Assembly (NCBI RefSeq): GCF_000284455.1
Contig: NC_017039.1
Span: 2,370,001 to 2,402,000 of the forward strand
Length of the DNA stretch: 32,000 bases
From: Synechocystis sp. PCC 6803 substr. PCC-P
GTDB taxonomy: Bacteria > Cyanobacteriota > Cyanobacteriia > Cyanobacteriales > Microcystaceae
Direction: 5' to 3'
Within the stretch, counting starts at the first letter, position 1, and each line of letters opens with the position of its first letter. The translations under genes were made by a program, and so were the position numbers. Shown here in pieces: positions 18,044 to 27,037 of this stretch. The notes beneath the pieces were generated by a model. The model did not search any database, had not been told where the DNA came from, and saw only the letters and a program-made list of their open reading frames with translations.

Positions 18044-19282
18044 ATGCCACCTTTCTCCGCAATCGTTTTATTCTCCATGACAAAATCTCCTCAAAAGAAA
18101 CAGTGGTTGGCCAATGCCTTACTGGTGCTGGGCAGTTTAGGTTTTGCCGTGGTGGTGGCGGAAGTGGCCCTGAGGTTAATGGGCATTGGTTATCCCAGTT
18201 TTTACCAAGTCGATCCCCAACGGGGCCATAGTTTAATTCCCAATTTCAGCTCCCGTTGGACCCATGAAGGCAATGGTTTGGTAAGAATTAATGCCGATGG
18301 CCTGCGCGATCGCCATTATGAAAAGGAGAAACCGGCGGATACCTATCGCATTGTGGTATTGGGGGATTCTTTTTCCGAAGCAATTCAGGTTGATGAAGAT
18401 GAGACCTATTGGAGCGCCATAGAAAAAAATTTGCCTTCCTGCCCCGGCTTAACGGGTAAAACGGTGGAAGTAATTAATTTTGGTGTGGGGGACTACGGCA
18501 CTGCCCAGGAATATTTAACTCTCCAGCACCATGCCATGGAATACCAGCCAGATTTAGTCTTACTGCAAATTTTCACCGGCAATGACATTGTCAATAACTC
18601 TCGTCAACTCAGCCCTGGCGATCGCCTAGCGCCCTTTTGGGAAGAGGTGGATGGTAAATGGCAAATGCAGTTCGATTTTAAGGAAACAGCGGCCTATCAA
18701 CGGCGGAATAGTGCCCCAAGACGATTCCTGTACAGCTTGATTAATCGGGTGCAGTTGCTACAAGTACTCAACGAAGCCAAACGACAATGGGTAACCCAGC
18801 GGACTTTAACCACCCAACAGCAAGGCAATGCTGACATCATTCCCGCTCTAGATTTCGACGTTAATTTATACCGGGAACCCACTGACCCCGCCTGGGAACA
18901 AGCTTGGGCCGCTACGGAATCTTTAGTCATAGCGACCAGTCAACTAAGTAGGGAAGAAAGTGCTGATTTTTTAGCAGTGGTGATTAGCAATCCTCCCCAG
19001 GTATATCCCGATCGCCAGGTGCGGGAAAAGTTAAAGCAGCTAGGGGCGGAGAATTTGTTTTACCCTGATCAACGGTTGAGCGCATTGGGACAACAGGAGG
19101 ATTTTCCTGTGTTGACCCTGGCGAAAACCATGCAACAAAAAGCCGATGCGGAGCAAATTTATTGGCACGGTTTTGAGAACACCATCCCCGGAGTGGGTCA
19201 TTGGAATGTTCAGGGCCATCAACTGGCCGGCGAATTAATTGGCGATCGCCTTTGCCAAATGGTGACAGAGCAAAAAAAGTAA
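18044..19282 (+). CDS. Membrane-anchored SGNH/GDSL-family hydrolase-like protein
   Basis: N-terminal TM segment WLANALLVLGSLGFAVVVAEVAL. Block I VVLGDSFSEA, block II INFGVGDYG, block III IFTGNDIVN and a block V-like GVGHWNVQGH (no Asp three residues before the His). GGAGG lies 9 nt upstream of ATG 18044. Confidence 0.7.
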   Translation: MPPFSAIVLFSMTKSPQKKQWLANALLVLGSLGFAVVVAEVALRLMGIGYPSFYQVDPQRGHSLIPNFSSRWTHEGNGLVRINADGLRDRHYEKEKPADTYRIVVLGDSFSEAIQVDEDETYWSAIEKNLPSCPGLTGKTVEVINFGVGDYGTAQEYLTLQHHAMEYQPDLVLLQIFTGNDIVNNSRQLSPGDRLAPFWEEVDGKWQMQFDFKETAAYQRRNSAPRRFLYSLINRVQLLQVLNEAKRQWVTQRTLTTQQQGNADIIPALDFDVNLYREPTDPAWEQAWAATESLVIATSQLSREESADFLAVVISNPPQVYPDRQVREKLKQLGAENLFYPDQRLSALGQQEDFPVLTLAKTMQQKADAEQIYWHGFENTIPGVGHWNVQGHQLAGELIGDRLCQMVTEQKK

Positions 19283-19374
19283 AACGTTATCCTTTAATCT
19301 AAGTCCCGCAAAAGTTGAGCAAAATTAGCCGGGGATATGGGAACTGAAAGGATAAATGAGCAGAGGAAATCACT

Positions 19375-20535
19375 ATGGAACGGCCTCTTTACTTCGACAA
19401 CCACGCCACCACTGCCCTCGATCCTAGGGTACTGGAAGCCATGCTCCCTTACCTGACAGAGCAGTATGGTAATGCGGGCAGTGCCCATTTTTACGGTTGG
19501 CAAGCCTCAGCGGCAATTAAACAAGCTAGGCAAGAAATTGCCGAGACCATGGGGGCCCAACCAGAAGAAATTATTTTCACCAGCGGCGCTACGGAAGCTA
19601 ATAATTTGGCCATTCGGGGAGTGGCGGAGGCGTACTTTGCCCAAGGGAAACACCTGGTGACGGTGGAAACGGAGCATCAAGCGGTGTTAGCTCCCTGTCG
19701 TTATTTGGAAACCTTGGGGTTTGAGGTGACCTATTTGTCAGTTCAATCCAGTGGTTTGGTGGATTTAACCGAGTTGGAAAAGGCTTTACGGCCCGATACC
19801 ATTCTTGTTTCCGTGATGGCGGCCAACAATGAAATCGGCGTGCTGCAACCCCTCAAGGAGATTGGTGCTCTCTGTCGCCAACGCTCAATTATTTTTCATT
19901 GTGATGGGGCCCAAGCCTTGGGCAAAATTCCCCTCGACGTCCATCAACTTAACATTGACCTACTTTCCTTCACTGGGCACAAAATCCATGGACCCAAGGG
20001 CATTGGGGGATTATATCGCCGTCAAAATCCGGGGGTGAGGTTAGCGCCCCAACTGTTGGGGGGAGGGCAGGAAGGTAATTTTCGTTCCGGAACTCTGCCG
20101 GTGCCCCTGATTGTCGGTTTAGCCAAGGCTTTGACCATAGCTGGGGAAACTTTAGTGTCGGAAGGCGATCGCCAGCGACAACTGCGGGATCAACTCTGGC
20201 AAGGTCTGGCAAAAATTAGTGGGGTGGTGCTGAATGGGGACTACGAACAAAGGTTACCGGGCAACCTCAATGTCAGTATTACTGGGGTTGATCCCAAGGC
20301 TTTGCTAACTACATTGCAACCTCGATTGGCATTATCTTCCGGTTCCGCCTGTTCTTCCTACCGCACTGAAGCTTCCCATGTGTTGTATGCCCTGGGTCGG
20401 GACAAAACCAGCGCCCAAGCTAGTCTCCGTTTTGGTTTAAGCCGATTTACCACCGAGATAGAAATTGACCAGGCGATCGCCATTGTGACGGATACAGTAG
20501 CTAGGTTAAGGGCCGATGCTTCTAACCAGAGTTAA
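19375..20535 (+). CDS. iscS: Cysteine desulfurase (NifS/IscS class I)
   Basis: PLP-lysine motif SFTGHKIHGPKGIG and active-site loop SSGSACSS. Length 386 aa. Confidence 0.9.
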   Translation: MERPLYFDNHATTALDPRVLEAMLPYLTEQYGNAGSAHFYGWQASAAIKQARQEIAETMGAQPEEIIFTSGATEANNLAIRGVAEAYFAQGKHLVTVETEHQAVLAPCRYLETLGFEVTYLSVQSSGLVDLTELEKALRPDTILVSVMAANNEIGVLQPLKEIGALCRQRSIIFHCDGAQALGKIPLDVHQLNIDLLSFTGHKIHGPKGIGGLYRRQNPGVRLAPQLLGGGQEGNFRSGTLPVPLIVGLAKALTIAGETLVSEGDRQRQLRDQLWQGLAKISGVVLNGDYEQRLPGNLNVSITGVDPKALLTTLQPRLALSSGSACSSYRTEASHVLYALGRDKTSAQASLRFGLSRFTTEIEIDQAIAIVTDTVARLRADASNQS

Positions 20536-20556
20536 ATTCCCGTAAGTTTCTCTTCC

Positions 20557-21231
20557 ATGTGGCAATCAATTCGTTCCCTCATTTTTCAAACTCCCTGTCC
20601 TCTATGCCAAAAACCCAGTCAGGATCAACTTTGTCGGGATTGCACTGGACAAATTTTGAGCCATCGTTTTCCTCGTAAATTCCAGCAATGGCAAGGAAAC
20701 TTTCCCCGCTTTGTTTGGGGACAATACGAAGGACAATTGCGGCGGGCTTTAACGGTGATGAAGTTTGAGCAACAGCCAGACATTGGCATTTGGTTGGGGG
20801 AACAGTTGGCAGAACAGTGGTTACAACAACCCCAAGCTAAAACTAAATTGCGTCCCCAGGTGGTGCCCATTCCCCTAAACGCTCGTAAGCAAGCCCAACG
20901 GGGATTTAATCAAGCTGAAAGAATTGCCGCTGGTTTTTGCCGCCTGACTGGTTATGTTCTCCACCCCCAAGCATTACAACGAGTTAAAGATACCCAAGCT
21001 CTGTTTGGTCTTAGCCCAGGCGATCGCCGCCGGGAATTGCAATCAGCTTTAGCCACGGGGCCAGGGTTTAACACTCGCCGACCCTGGTTGATTTTGGATG
21101 ATATTATTACGACCGGCACCACCGCCCTAGAAGCCCGACGGATAATGGAAGAAAAGGGAGCTAAAGTGTTGGGTATCGTGGCGATCGCCGCACCGTCTTT
21201 TTCCCAGCCCATGGAACTTAGACAGCAATGA
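20557..21231 (+). CDS. comF: ComF-family phosphoribosyltransferase-domain protein (competence-associated)
   Basis: N-terminal Cys pairs CPLCQ...CRDC and a C-terminal PRPP-binding motif LILDDIITTGTT. Confidence 0.85.
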   Translation: MWQSIRSLIFQTPCPLCQKPSQDQLCRDCTGQILSHRFPRKFQQWQGNFPRFVWGQYEGQLRRALTVMKFEQQPDIGIWLGEQLAEQWLQQPQAKTKLRPQVVPIPLNARKQAQRGFNQAERIAAGFCRLTGYVLHPQALQRVKDTQALFGLSPGDRRRELQSALATGPGFNTRRPWLILDDIITTGTTALEARRIMEEKGAKVLGIVAIAAPSFSQPMELRQQ

Positions 21232-21320
21232 TAATGATCATTTAACATAATATTTCTGTTGGTCTGTATTCAATCTCGTATTGTTAAAGCCCTATCGTTC
21301 CCTTTATTTTTGTCAATCCT

Positions 21321-21935
21321 ATGCAGAAACAAGTCTCTCCCCTAGCCCGTGTCGCCCTTTGGTTGGGTGGTGTTAGTTTGACTGCAACCAGCTTGGTCAT
21401 TCCCACCGCGGCCCAGGCCCAAAGTAGTCTCAATGGAGGTAGTGCCATTCCTCCTTTGAAGCCGATTCCCGAATCTACCTACACTCCTCCTGCTGCTCCC
21501 ACCAGTACCCCTAGCAATCCAACTAGCCAGGCCTTGGCCACCCATATTGTGCTGGTACTGGGAGAACGGAAAGTTTACGCCTACCAAAACGATAAAGTTT
21601 TAGCAAGTTACCCGGTGGCAGTGGGCAAAAAAGGCTGGGAAACACCCCAAGGCAATTTCCAAGTAATCCAAATGGTGGAAAATCCCGTGTGGGAAAATCC
21701 CTGGAATGGCAAAAAAGTGGCCGCCAGCTTGGATGGTCCCATCGGTATCCGTTGGATCGGTTTTTGGAGTGACGGTAAAAATACCATTGGTTTCCATGGC
21801 ACCCCGAAAAAACATGAGCATTTCCTGGGCACAGCGGCTTCCCACGGTTGCGTCAGAATGCGAAATCAAGATGTGGTGGCTTTGTTCAACATGGTGCAAA
21901 ATGGCACCCCAGTGCGGGTAGTGCAGAAAAAATAG
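21321..21935 (+). CDS. L,D-transpeptidase (YkuD domain)
   Basis: Signal peptide, a Pro/Thr-rich linker, and the catalytic motif HGT...SHGCVRM. Confidence 0.88.
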   Translation: MQKQVSPLARVALWLGGVSLTATSLVIPTAAQAQSSLNGGSAIPPLKPIPESTYTPPAAPTSTPSNPTSQALATHIVLVLGERKVYAYQNDKVLASYPVAVGKKGWETPQGNFQVIQMVENPVWENPWNGKKVAASLDGPIGIRWIGFWSDGKNTIGFHGTPKKHEHFLGTAASHGCVRMRNQDVVALFNMVQNGTPVRVVQKK

Positions 21936-22059
21936 ATGATTTGAACTGACTGAATCAAAACGGCGATCGTGTACAACCGTGAAGGATTATAGTCCCGGTT
22001 TCTGAGTTGTAACTTCTGATCGCCACTCAGGGTAATGGTGCAATACAGAGGAAATACCA

Positions 22060-22380
22060 ATGGCGACAACCCTAATCAATCATATTGAGATCACGCCAGG
22101 AACCTGTGGTGGAAAACCTCGCATCGCTGGGCACCGGATCACAGTTCAAGACATCGTGATCTGGCACGAACGAATGGGACTATCTCCCGACGAAATCGTC
22201 CATCATTATCCTAGTATTACTTTAGCTGACGTTTATGCAGCTTTGTCTTACTATCACGATCACCTTGAAGAAATTAGGCAAGGAATTATTGATGATGAAA
22301 TTTTTGCTGAAGAAATGCGGTCCAGTACCCCTTCTTTGATGGAAGCAAAATTAAGAAAAGTTCATGGCAAACAGGATTAA
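22060..22380 (+). CDS. DUF433-family protein (putative antitoxin)
   Basis: ITPGTCGGKPRIAGHRITVQDIV and HYPSITLADVYAALSYY match the DUF433 pattern as I recall it. GAGGAA lies 8 nt upstream of the ATG. Confidence 0.8.
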   Translation: MATTLINHIEITPGTCGGKPRIAGHRITVQDIVIWHERMGLSPDEIVHHYPSITLADVYAALSYYHDHLEEIRQGIIDDEIFAEEMRSSTPSLMEAKLRKVHGKQD

Positions 22381-22699
22381 ATTTCATCTTGATGAAAACA
22401 TCAGCTATAGCATTGCCCTTGGCTTACGTCATCGCAGTCTTGATGTTACAACAACTCCGGAAACTGGTCTGCTAGGGGTTTCTGATCAAGAGCAGTTACA
22501 GTTTGCTGGGTCTGAAGGCCGAGTAATTTTTACCCAAGATACTGACTTTTTAAAATTAGCTCAATCATCTCCCGATCATACTGGCATCGCTTATTGTTCT
22601 CAACGAAATAAGTCGATTGACCAAGTTATTCAAGGATTAGTCTTGATGTGGGAAATTCTCGAACCAGAAGAAATGTGTAATCACATTGAGTTTTTGTAG
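22364..22699 (+). CDS. DUF5615-family PIN-like protein (putative toxin)
   Basis: IKFHLDENISYSIALGLR...VIFTQDTDF, an acidic-residue pattern of PIN-like nucleases. It overlaps the upstream gene by 17 nt. Confidence 0.75.
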   Translation: MANRIKFHLDENISYSIALGLRHRSLDVTTTPETGLLGVSDQEQLQFAGSEGRVIFTQDTDFLKLAQSSPDHTGIAYCSQRNKSIDQVIQGLVLMWEILEPEEMCNHIEFL

Positions 22700-22930
22700 T
22701 GTATTTACCACAGACAGATAGTGATAAATACCTATGGCGATCATGTCTAAGCATTAAGAATTGTATGGAAAGACGTAAAAAAATAATTGAACTAAATAAA
22801 GCTGAAAGTGAATCAGGATAAGCATTACAGAAGATTAAAAGCTCGATCAAAATGTAAAGTTACTGCTCGACAAGGTTAAGGCTTTTACCGACAATTTGAG
22901 GGTGAATTATGCCCCCGGAGTCTGAACCCT

Positions 22931-24457
22931 ATGAAATTGGCCTATTGGATGTACGCTGGCCCGGCCCACATTGGCACCCTACGCATCGCCAGTTCTTTCA
23001 AAAACGTCCACGCCATTATGCACGCTCCGTTGGGGGATGATTATTTCAACGTCATGCGCTCCATGTTGGAACGGGAGCAGAATTTTACCCCTGTCACCAC
23101 CAGTGTGGTCGATCGCCAAGTGTTATCGAGGGGTTCCCAGGAAAAAGTGGTGGACAACATTGTCCGCAAAGATGGGGAAGAAACGCCGGATTTAATTGTG
23201 CTGACCCCCACCTGTACCTCCAGCATTTTGCAGGAAGATTTGGCCAATTTTGTTGACCGGGCCCAGATGGATGCCCACTGTGATGTACTTTTGGCGGACG
23301 TGAACCATTACCGCTATAACGAATTGCAAGCTGGCGATCGTACCCTTAAGCAGATTGTCGAGTTTTACATCAAAAAAGCCCGGAAACAGGGTAATTTAGC
23401 CACGGAAAAAACAGCTAAGCCATCGGTGAATTTAATTGGCTTCACCACCCTAGGTTTCCACAATCAACATGATTGCACCGAGTTAAAGCGATTAATGGCG
23501 GATCTGGGCATTGAAGTAAACCTGATTTTGCCGGAAAAAGCCACGGTGGATCAATTGGCTAAAATTCCCCAAGCTTGGTTTAACCTCTGCCCGTACCGGG
23601 AAATTGGTTTGATGACAGCGGAATATTTGCAAGAAGAATTTGCCCAGCCCTACGTGGACATTACCCCCATGGGAGTGGTGGAAACGGCCCGTTGTATCCG
23701 CAAAATGCAACAGGTGTTAAATCAACAGGGTTTCGACGTTAACTACGAAGATTTCATCCAGCAACAAACCCGTCACGTCTCCCAAGCGGCCTGGTTTTCT
23801 CGCTCTATCGACTGTCAAAATCTCACGGGCAAAAAAGCAGTGGTCTTTGGGGATAATACCCATGCGGCCGCTATGACCAAAATTTTGGCCCGGGAAATGG
23901 GTATCCACGTTGTGCTAGCAGGAACCTATTGCAAATACGATGCCGATTGGTTCCGAGCCGAAGTATCTGAATACTGTGACGAAGTGTTGATCAGTGAAGA
24001 CAACGGGGCGATCGCCGATGCCATAGCCAGGATTGAGCCGGCAGCAATTTTTGGCACCCAGATGGAACGCCATGTGGGCAAACGCTTGGATATTCCCTGC
24101 GGTGTGATTGCGGCCCCGATCCATATCCAGAATTTTCCCCTGGGCTACAAACCTTTCCTCGGTTACGAAGGGACAAACCAGATTGCCGATTTGGTGTACA
24201 ACTCCTTCACCCTGGGCATGGAAGACCATCTGTTGGAAATTTTCGGCGGCCACGACACCAAGGAAGTGATCACCAAAGGCATTTCCAGTGACTCTGATCT
24301 AGGCTGGCACAGCACCGCCCAAGCAGAATTGAATAAAGTGCCAGGGTTTGTGCGGGGTAAAGTTAAACGCAACACAGAAAAGTTTGCCCGAGAGCGGGGC
24401 CTATCGGAAATCACCCTGGAGGTTATGTATGCCGCCAAGGAAGCCGTGGGAGCTTAA
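22931..24457 (+). CDS. chlB: Light-independent protochlorophyllide reductase subunit B
   Basis: 508-aa [27 protein letters not shown]-terminus, [13 protein letters not shown], and a nitrogenase-like fold pattern throughout. Confidence 0.95.
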   Translation: MKLAYWMYAGPAHIGTLRIASSFKNVHAIMHAPLGDDYFNVMRSMLEREQNFTPVTTSVVDRQVLSRGSQEKVVDNIVRKDGEETPDLIVLTPTCTSSILQEDLANFVDRAQMDAHCDVLLADVNHYRYNELQAGDRTLKQIVEFYIKKARKQGNLATEKTAKPSVNLIGFTTLGFHNQHDCTELKRLMADLGIEVNLILPEKATVDQLAKIPQAWFNLCPYREIGLMTAEYLQEEFAQPYVDITPMGVVETARCIRKMQQVLNQQGFDVNYEDFIQQQTRHVSQAAWFSRSIDCQNLTGKKAVVFGDNTHAAAMTKILAREMGIHVVLAGTYCKYDADWFRAEVSEYCDEVLISEDNGAIADAIARIEPAAIFGTQMERHVGKRLDIPCGVIAAPIHIQNFPLGYKPFLGYEGTNQIADLVYNSFTLGMEDHLLEIFGGHDTKEVITKGISSDSDLGWHSTAQAELNKVPGFVRGKVKRNTEKFARERGLSEITLEVMYAAKEAVGA

Positions 24458-24588
24458 GGGTCTGTGGGCCAAAATTCTAGTTGCTTACTCAACCCTCAAA
24501 TTTCCCCATCAAACCTTGGTGGGGATTGGCCACCATCAATTTTCGTGAACTTCCATTACAATCAAGCCTGTTATCCAACGGGTGAAAG

Positions 24589-25269
24589 ATGTATATTCTC
24601 ATTGGTGGCATGGGGAGCATGGGCTCCAATTTGGCCAAAAATCTGCTCAAAATGGGTCACACTGTGGCGGCGGTGGATACCGATCCCTTGGCCTGTCAGT
24701 ATGCCCGGGAAAAAATTGGGGTGATGGCCTTTGAAGGCAGTGCGGTCAATACCTCAGTTTTACTAGAAGCAGGAGTTCGTAAAGCGGGGGCTGTGATTGC
24801 AGCGCTCCAGGAGGATGCCCTAAATTTGGCTTTAGTTACCCTGTCAAAACATTACGGTGTGCCGCAAATTGTCGTCCGCATGAGCGATGGGGATTTTGCT
24901 GAACCGTACCGCTTGGCCGGTGCCACCCACATTATCAGCACCACAGAATTGGCTCTTAATCGGGTAATTAATGCCATTGAGTATCCCCAAGTGGATGCCA
25001 TGATGCACTTTGAACAGGGACAAATTGAAGTGCTCAAACTTTCTATTCCCCCCAATTGCACCATTGTGGGCCGTAGCGTGGCGGCGATCGCCCAGGATCC
25101 CCGTTTTCCCTCCGGTACATTGATTATTGGCTACCAGGCCAATGCCCATGAAGATCTAAAAATTCCCAACGGCAATACGTTGCTCGAAGATGGTTCCACC
25201 ATTTTGGCTGTGACCAAACCGGAATTGGTGCGGCAATTGATTGATTTTATGGGGTTGTGTCAGTCTTGA
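24589..25269 (+). CDS. TrkA/KtrA-family RCK-domain protein (K+ transport regulatory subunit-like)
   Basis: Rossmann motif IGGMGSMGSNLAKNL...VAAVDTD (TrkA-N), followed by a TrkA-C-like C-terminal half. Confidence 0.8.
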   Translation: MYILIGGMGSMGSNLAKNLLKMGHTVAAVDTDPLACQYAREKIGVMAFEGSAVNTSVLLEAGVRKAGAVIAALQEDALNLALVTLSKHYGVPQIVVRMSDGDFAEPYRLAGATHIISTTELALNRVINAIEYPQVDAMMHFEQGQIEVLKLSIPPNCTIVGRSVAAIAQDPRFPSGTLIIGYQANAHEDLKIPNGNTLLEDGSTILAVTKPELVRQLIDFMGLCQS

Positions 25270-25305
25270 TGGAACACAGACCAATTTGATCAAAAAGACC
25301 GCAGA

Positions 25306-26973
25306 TTAGAACAAAAAGCTGGTGCGTATATGCCCCACATATTGGGTGGCGTTGTTGCTGTTGGCTTCAGGATTAAGCACGACCCAAAAACCTGGGGTGA
25401 TGGAAATATTGTCGTTGAGTTGGATGCGATAGAACGCCTCTAAATGGTAAGGGGTGGTTTGTCCCACTGCCCCCGGTAAATTACTGGCCGTTACCGTCGG
25501 AGGAATACCTAGAGCAATGCCCGGTAAATTACCCTCTCCCCCCACGTCTGGGAAACTAATGCCCACCAAGCCATACCAAATGGCCGAACTATTCCAGGAC
25601 ACATCCCTCAACACTGTCCCCCCCACTCCATTGGATAAATTGCTTAATCCTCCCCCCTGGGCTTGGGCCTCCACAAAACCTCCCCAGCCATGGATTTGTA
25701 CGTGGGGCGTGATGCGGTAATACCCCTGCAAAGTGTAAAAATTCCCCGCCGTGGCGATCACCTCTCCGAAGGGTTGAATGGCCAACAGACTACCAGTGCC
25801 CGCCATTAAATCCGTATTACCAGCGGGGAAATAGGAACGGGAATAGGTGAAGCCAATGCCCCCGTCAGCGGTTTGATAAGCCAATTGAGCCAGGGTGTGA
25901 TATCCCCCATTGAAAAGGCCATTGCCTGGGTCAGGATCGTTGGGATTGGTGGCCAAGTAGCCCACACTCAGTTGCACTGTGGGGGTTATCTGCCAATTAA
26001 AGCCAGCTCCTCCCCCTCCCCGACGATAAACCGGATCATACTCCCCAAAGCGGGAAGGAATACCCAGGGCATCATCGGCAATGGTGGGGGGAGTTAACGT
26101 ATCCACTAAATCTGTGTAGCCCACCCCGACAGTACCCAAGCGCAGAGTCAAATTATCCGTCAAAGGAGTACGGTACCAAAGATGGCTCACCTCCACATTA
26201 TTGTTGGAATTATCGTCATAGTTGAAGCGGGTCATATTGGTGCCAGTTTGCTCTACTCCGTTAAGAAAGTTGGAGAACTGCAACCTGGTTCTGAACAAAT
26301 CTTTGCCGGTAAAACTGGTTTCTAAATTAAATCGGACTCGATAGGCGAACTGGGTTTGAAATTCATTGCTGCCGCCCCCCACCCGATCGCCAAAGACCTT
26401 ATCCAAAGAAGTAATCGTTTGTCCATAAAGTTTTGTGGTGACGGAAAATTGGTGGTCTTCTAAAAAAGCAGTGCGAGTTTCCAGATTATCGACCCGAACT
26501 GCCAATTGTTTTAGCTCTGCTTGGAAATCCTGGGCTAATTTTTTCAGCAGGTCTAAATCTCCCTGGGCAACGGAGACATTTTCTTGCAATAGTTGCTCAA
26601 TGGTGTTTAAACAAGCATTTAATCCCGCTGCAAATTCGTAACGACTCAGGGGGCGGGCACGCAGTGTGCCTTCGGCATCACCTCGGTAGGTGCGGTCTGG
26701 ATAACCAACTAAACAACCGTAACGCTCCACCAAACTTTGCAGAGCGGCAAAGGCCCAATCACTGGGTTGCACATCCCTTAGTTCCGCCACTGAGGTAACT
26801 TGATTAACGCCATTGCCCAAATTACTTGCACCCAACTGGTAACGATTAACCGGAGGGAAAAATTCGTTCACGGAGATAGTTTGGGCCTCACTGGGTATCG
26901 TCACTGTTAGTCCACTGGCGATCGCCAAACCGCAAATTAAGCCCATGGATGCAGTCAATTTTGCTAATGACAA
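25306..26973 (-). CDS. Outer-membrane porin, SLH domain plus OprB-like beta-barrel
   Basis: Signal peptide, SLH motif VQPSDWAFAALQSLVERYGCLVGYPD, a coiled-coil spacer, and a Gly/aromatic-rich barrel ending in F. The TTG start has GGGAGGG 7 nt upstream. Confidence 0.88.
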   Translation of the reverse strand: MSLAKLTASMGLICGLAIASGLTVTIPSEAQTISVNEFFPPVNRYQLGASNLGNGVNQVTSVAELRDVQPSDWAFAALQSLVERYGCLVGYPDRTYRGDAEGTLRARPLSRYEFAAGLNACLNTIEQLLQENVSVAQGDLDLLKKLAQDFQAELKQLAVRVDNLETRTAFLEDHQFSVTTKLYGQTITSLDKVFGDRVGGGSNEFQTQFAYRVRFNLETSFTGKDLFRTRLQFSNFLNGVEQTGTNMTRFNYDDNSNNNVEVSHLWYRTPLTDNLTLRLGTVGVGYTDLVDTLTPPTIADDALGIPSRFGEYDPVYRRGGGGAGFNWQITPTVQLSVGYLATNPNDPDPGNGLFNGGYHTLAQLAYQTADGGIGFTYSRSYFPAGNTDLMAGTGSLLAIQPFGEVIATAGNFYTLQGYYRITPHVQIHGWGGFVEAQAQGGGLSNLSNGVGGTVLRDVSWNSSAIWYGLVGISFPDVGGEGNLPGIALGIPPTVTASNLPGAVGQTTPYHLEAFYRIQLNDNISITPGFWVVLNPEANSNNATQYVGHIRTSFLF

Positions 26974-27037
26974 TGTGGTACCCTCCCGAAAAAAATCAAG
27001 CTAATGTCAATTAATTCCCCTCAAAATAAAAAATTAA

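Noticed and set aside
22765-22821. An 18-codon ORF (MERRKKIIELNKAESESG) in the A+T-rich spacer upstream of chlB.
   Set aside because: There is no ribosome-binding site, and the Lys/Glu-rich composition is expected from A-rich DNA. It cannot be distinguished from chance without ribosome profiling or conservation data.
22626-22850. A 74-aa minus-strand ORF overlapping the end of the DUF5615 gene.
   Set aside because: It is antisense to a motif-bearing gene and extends into A+T-rich spacer. The translation is hydrophobic and low-complexity, with no start context.
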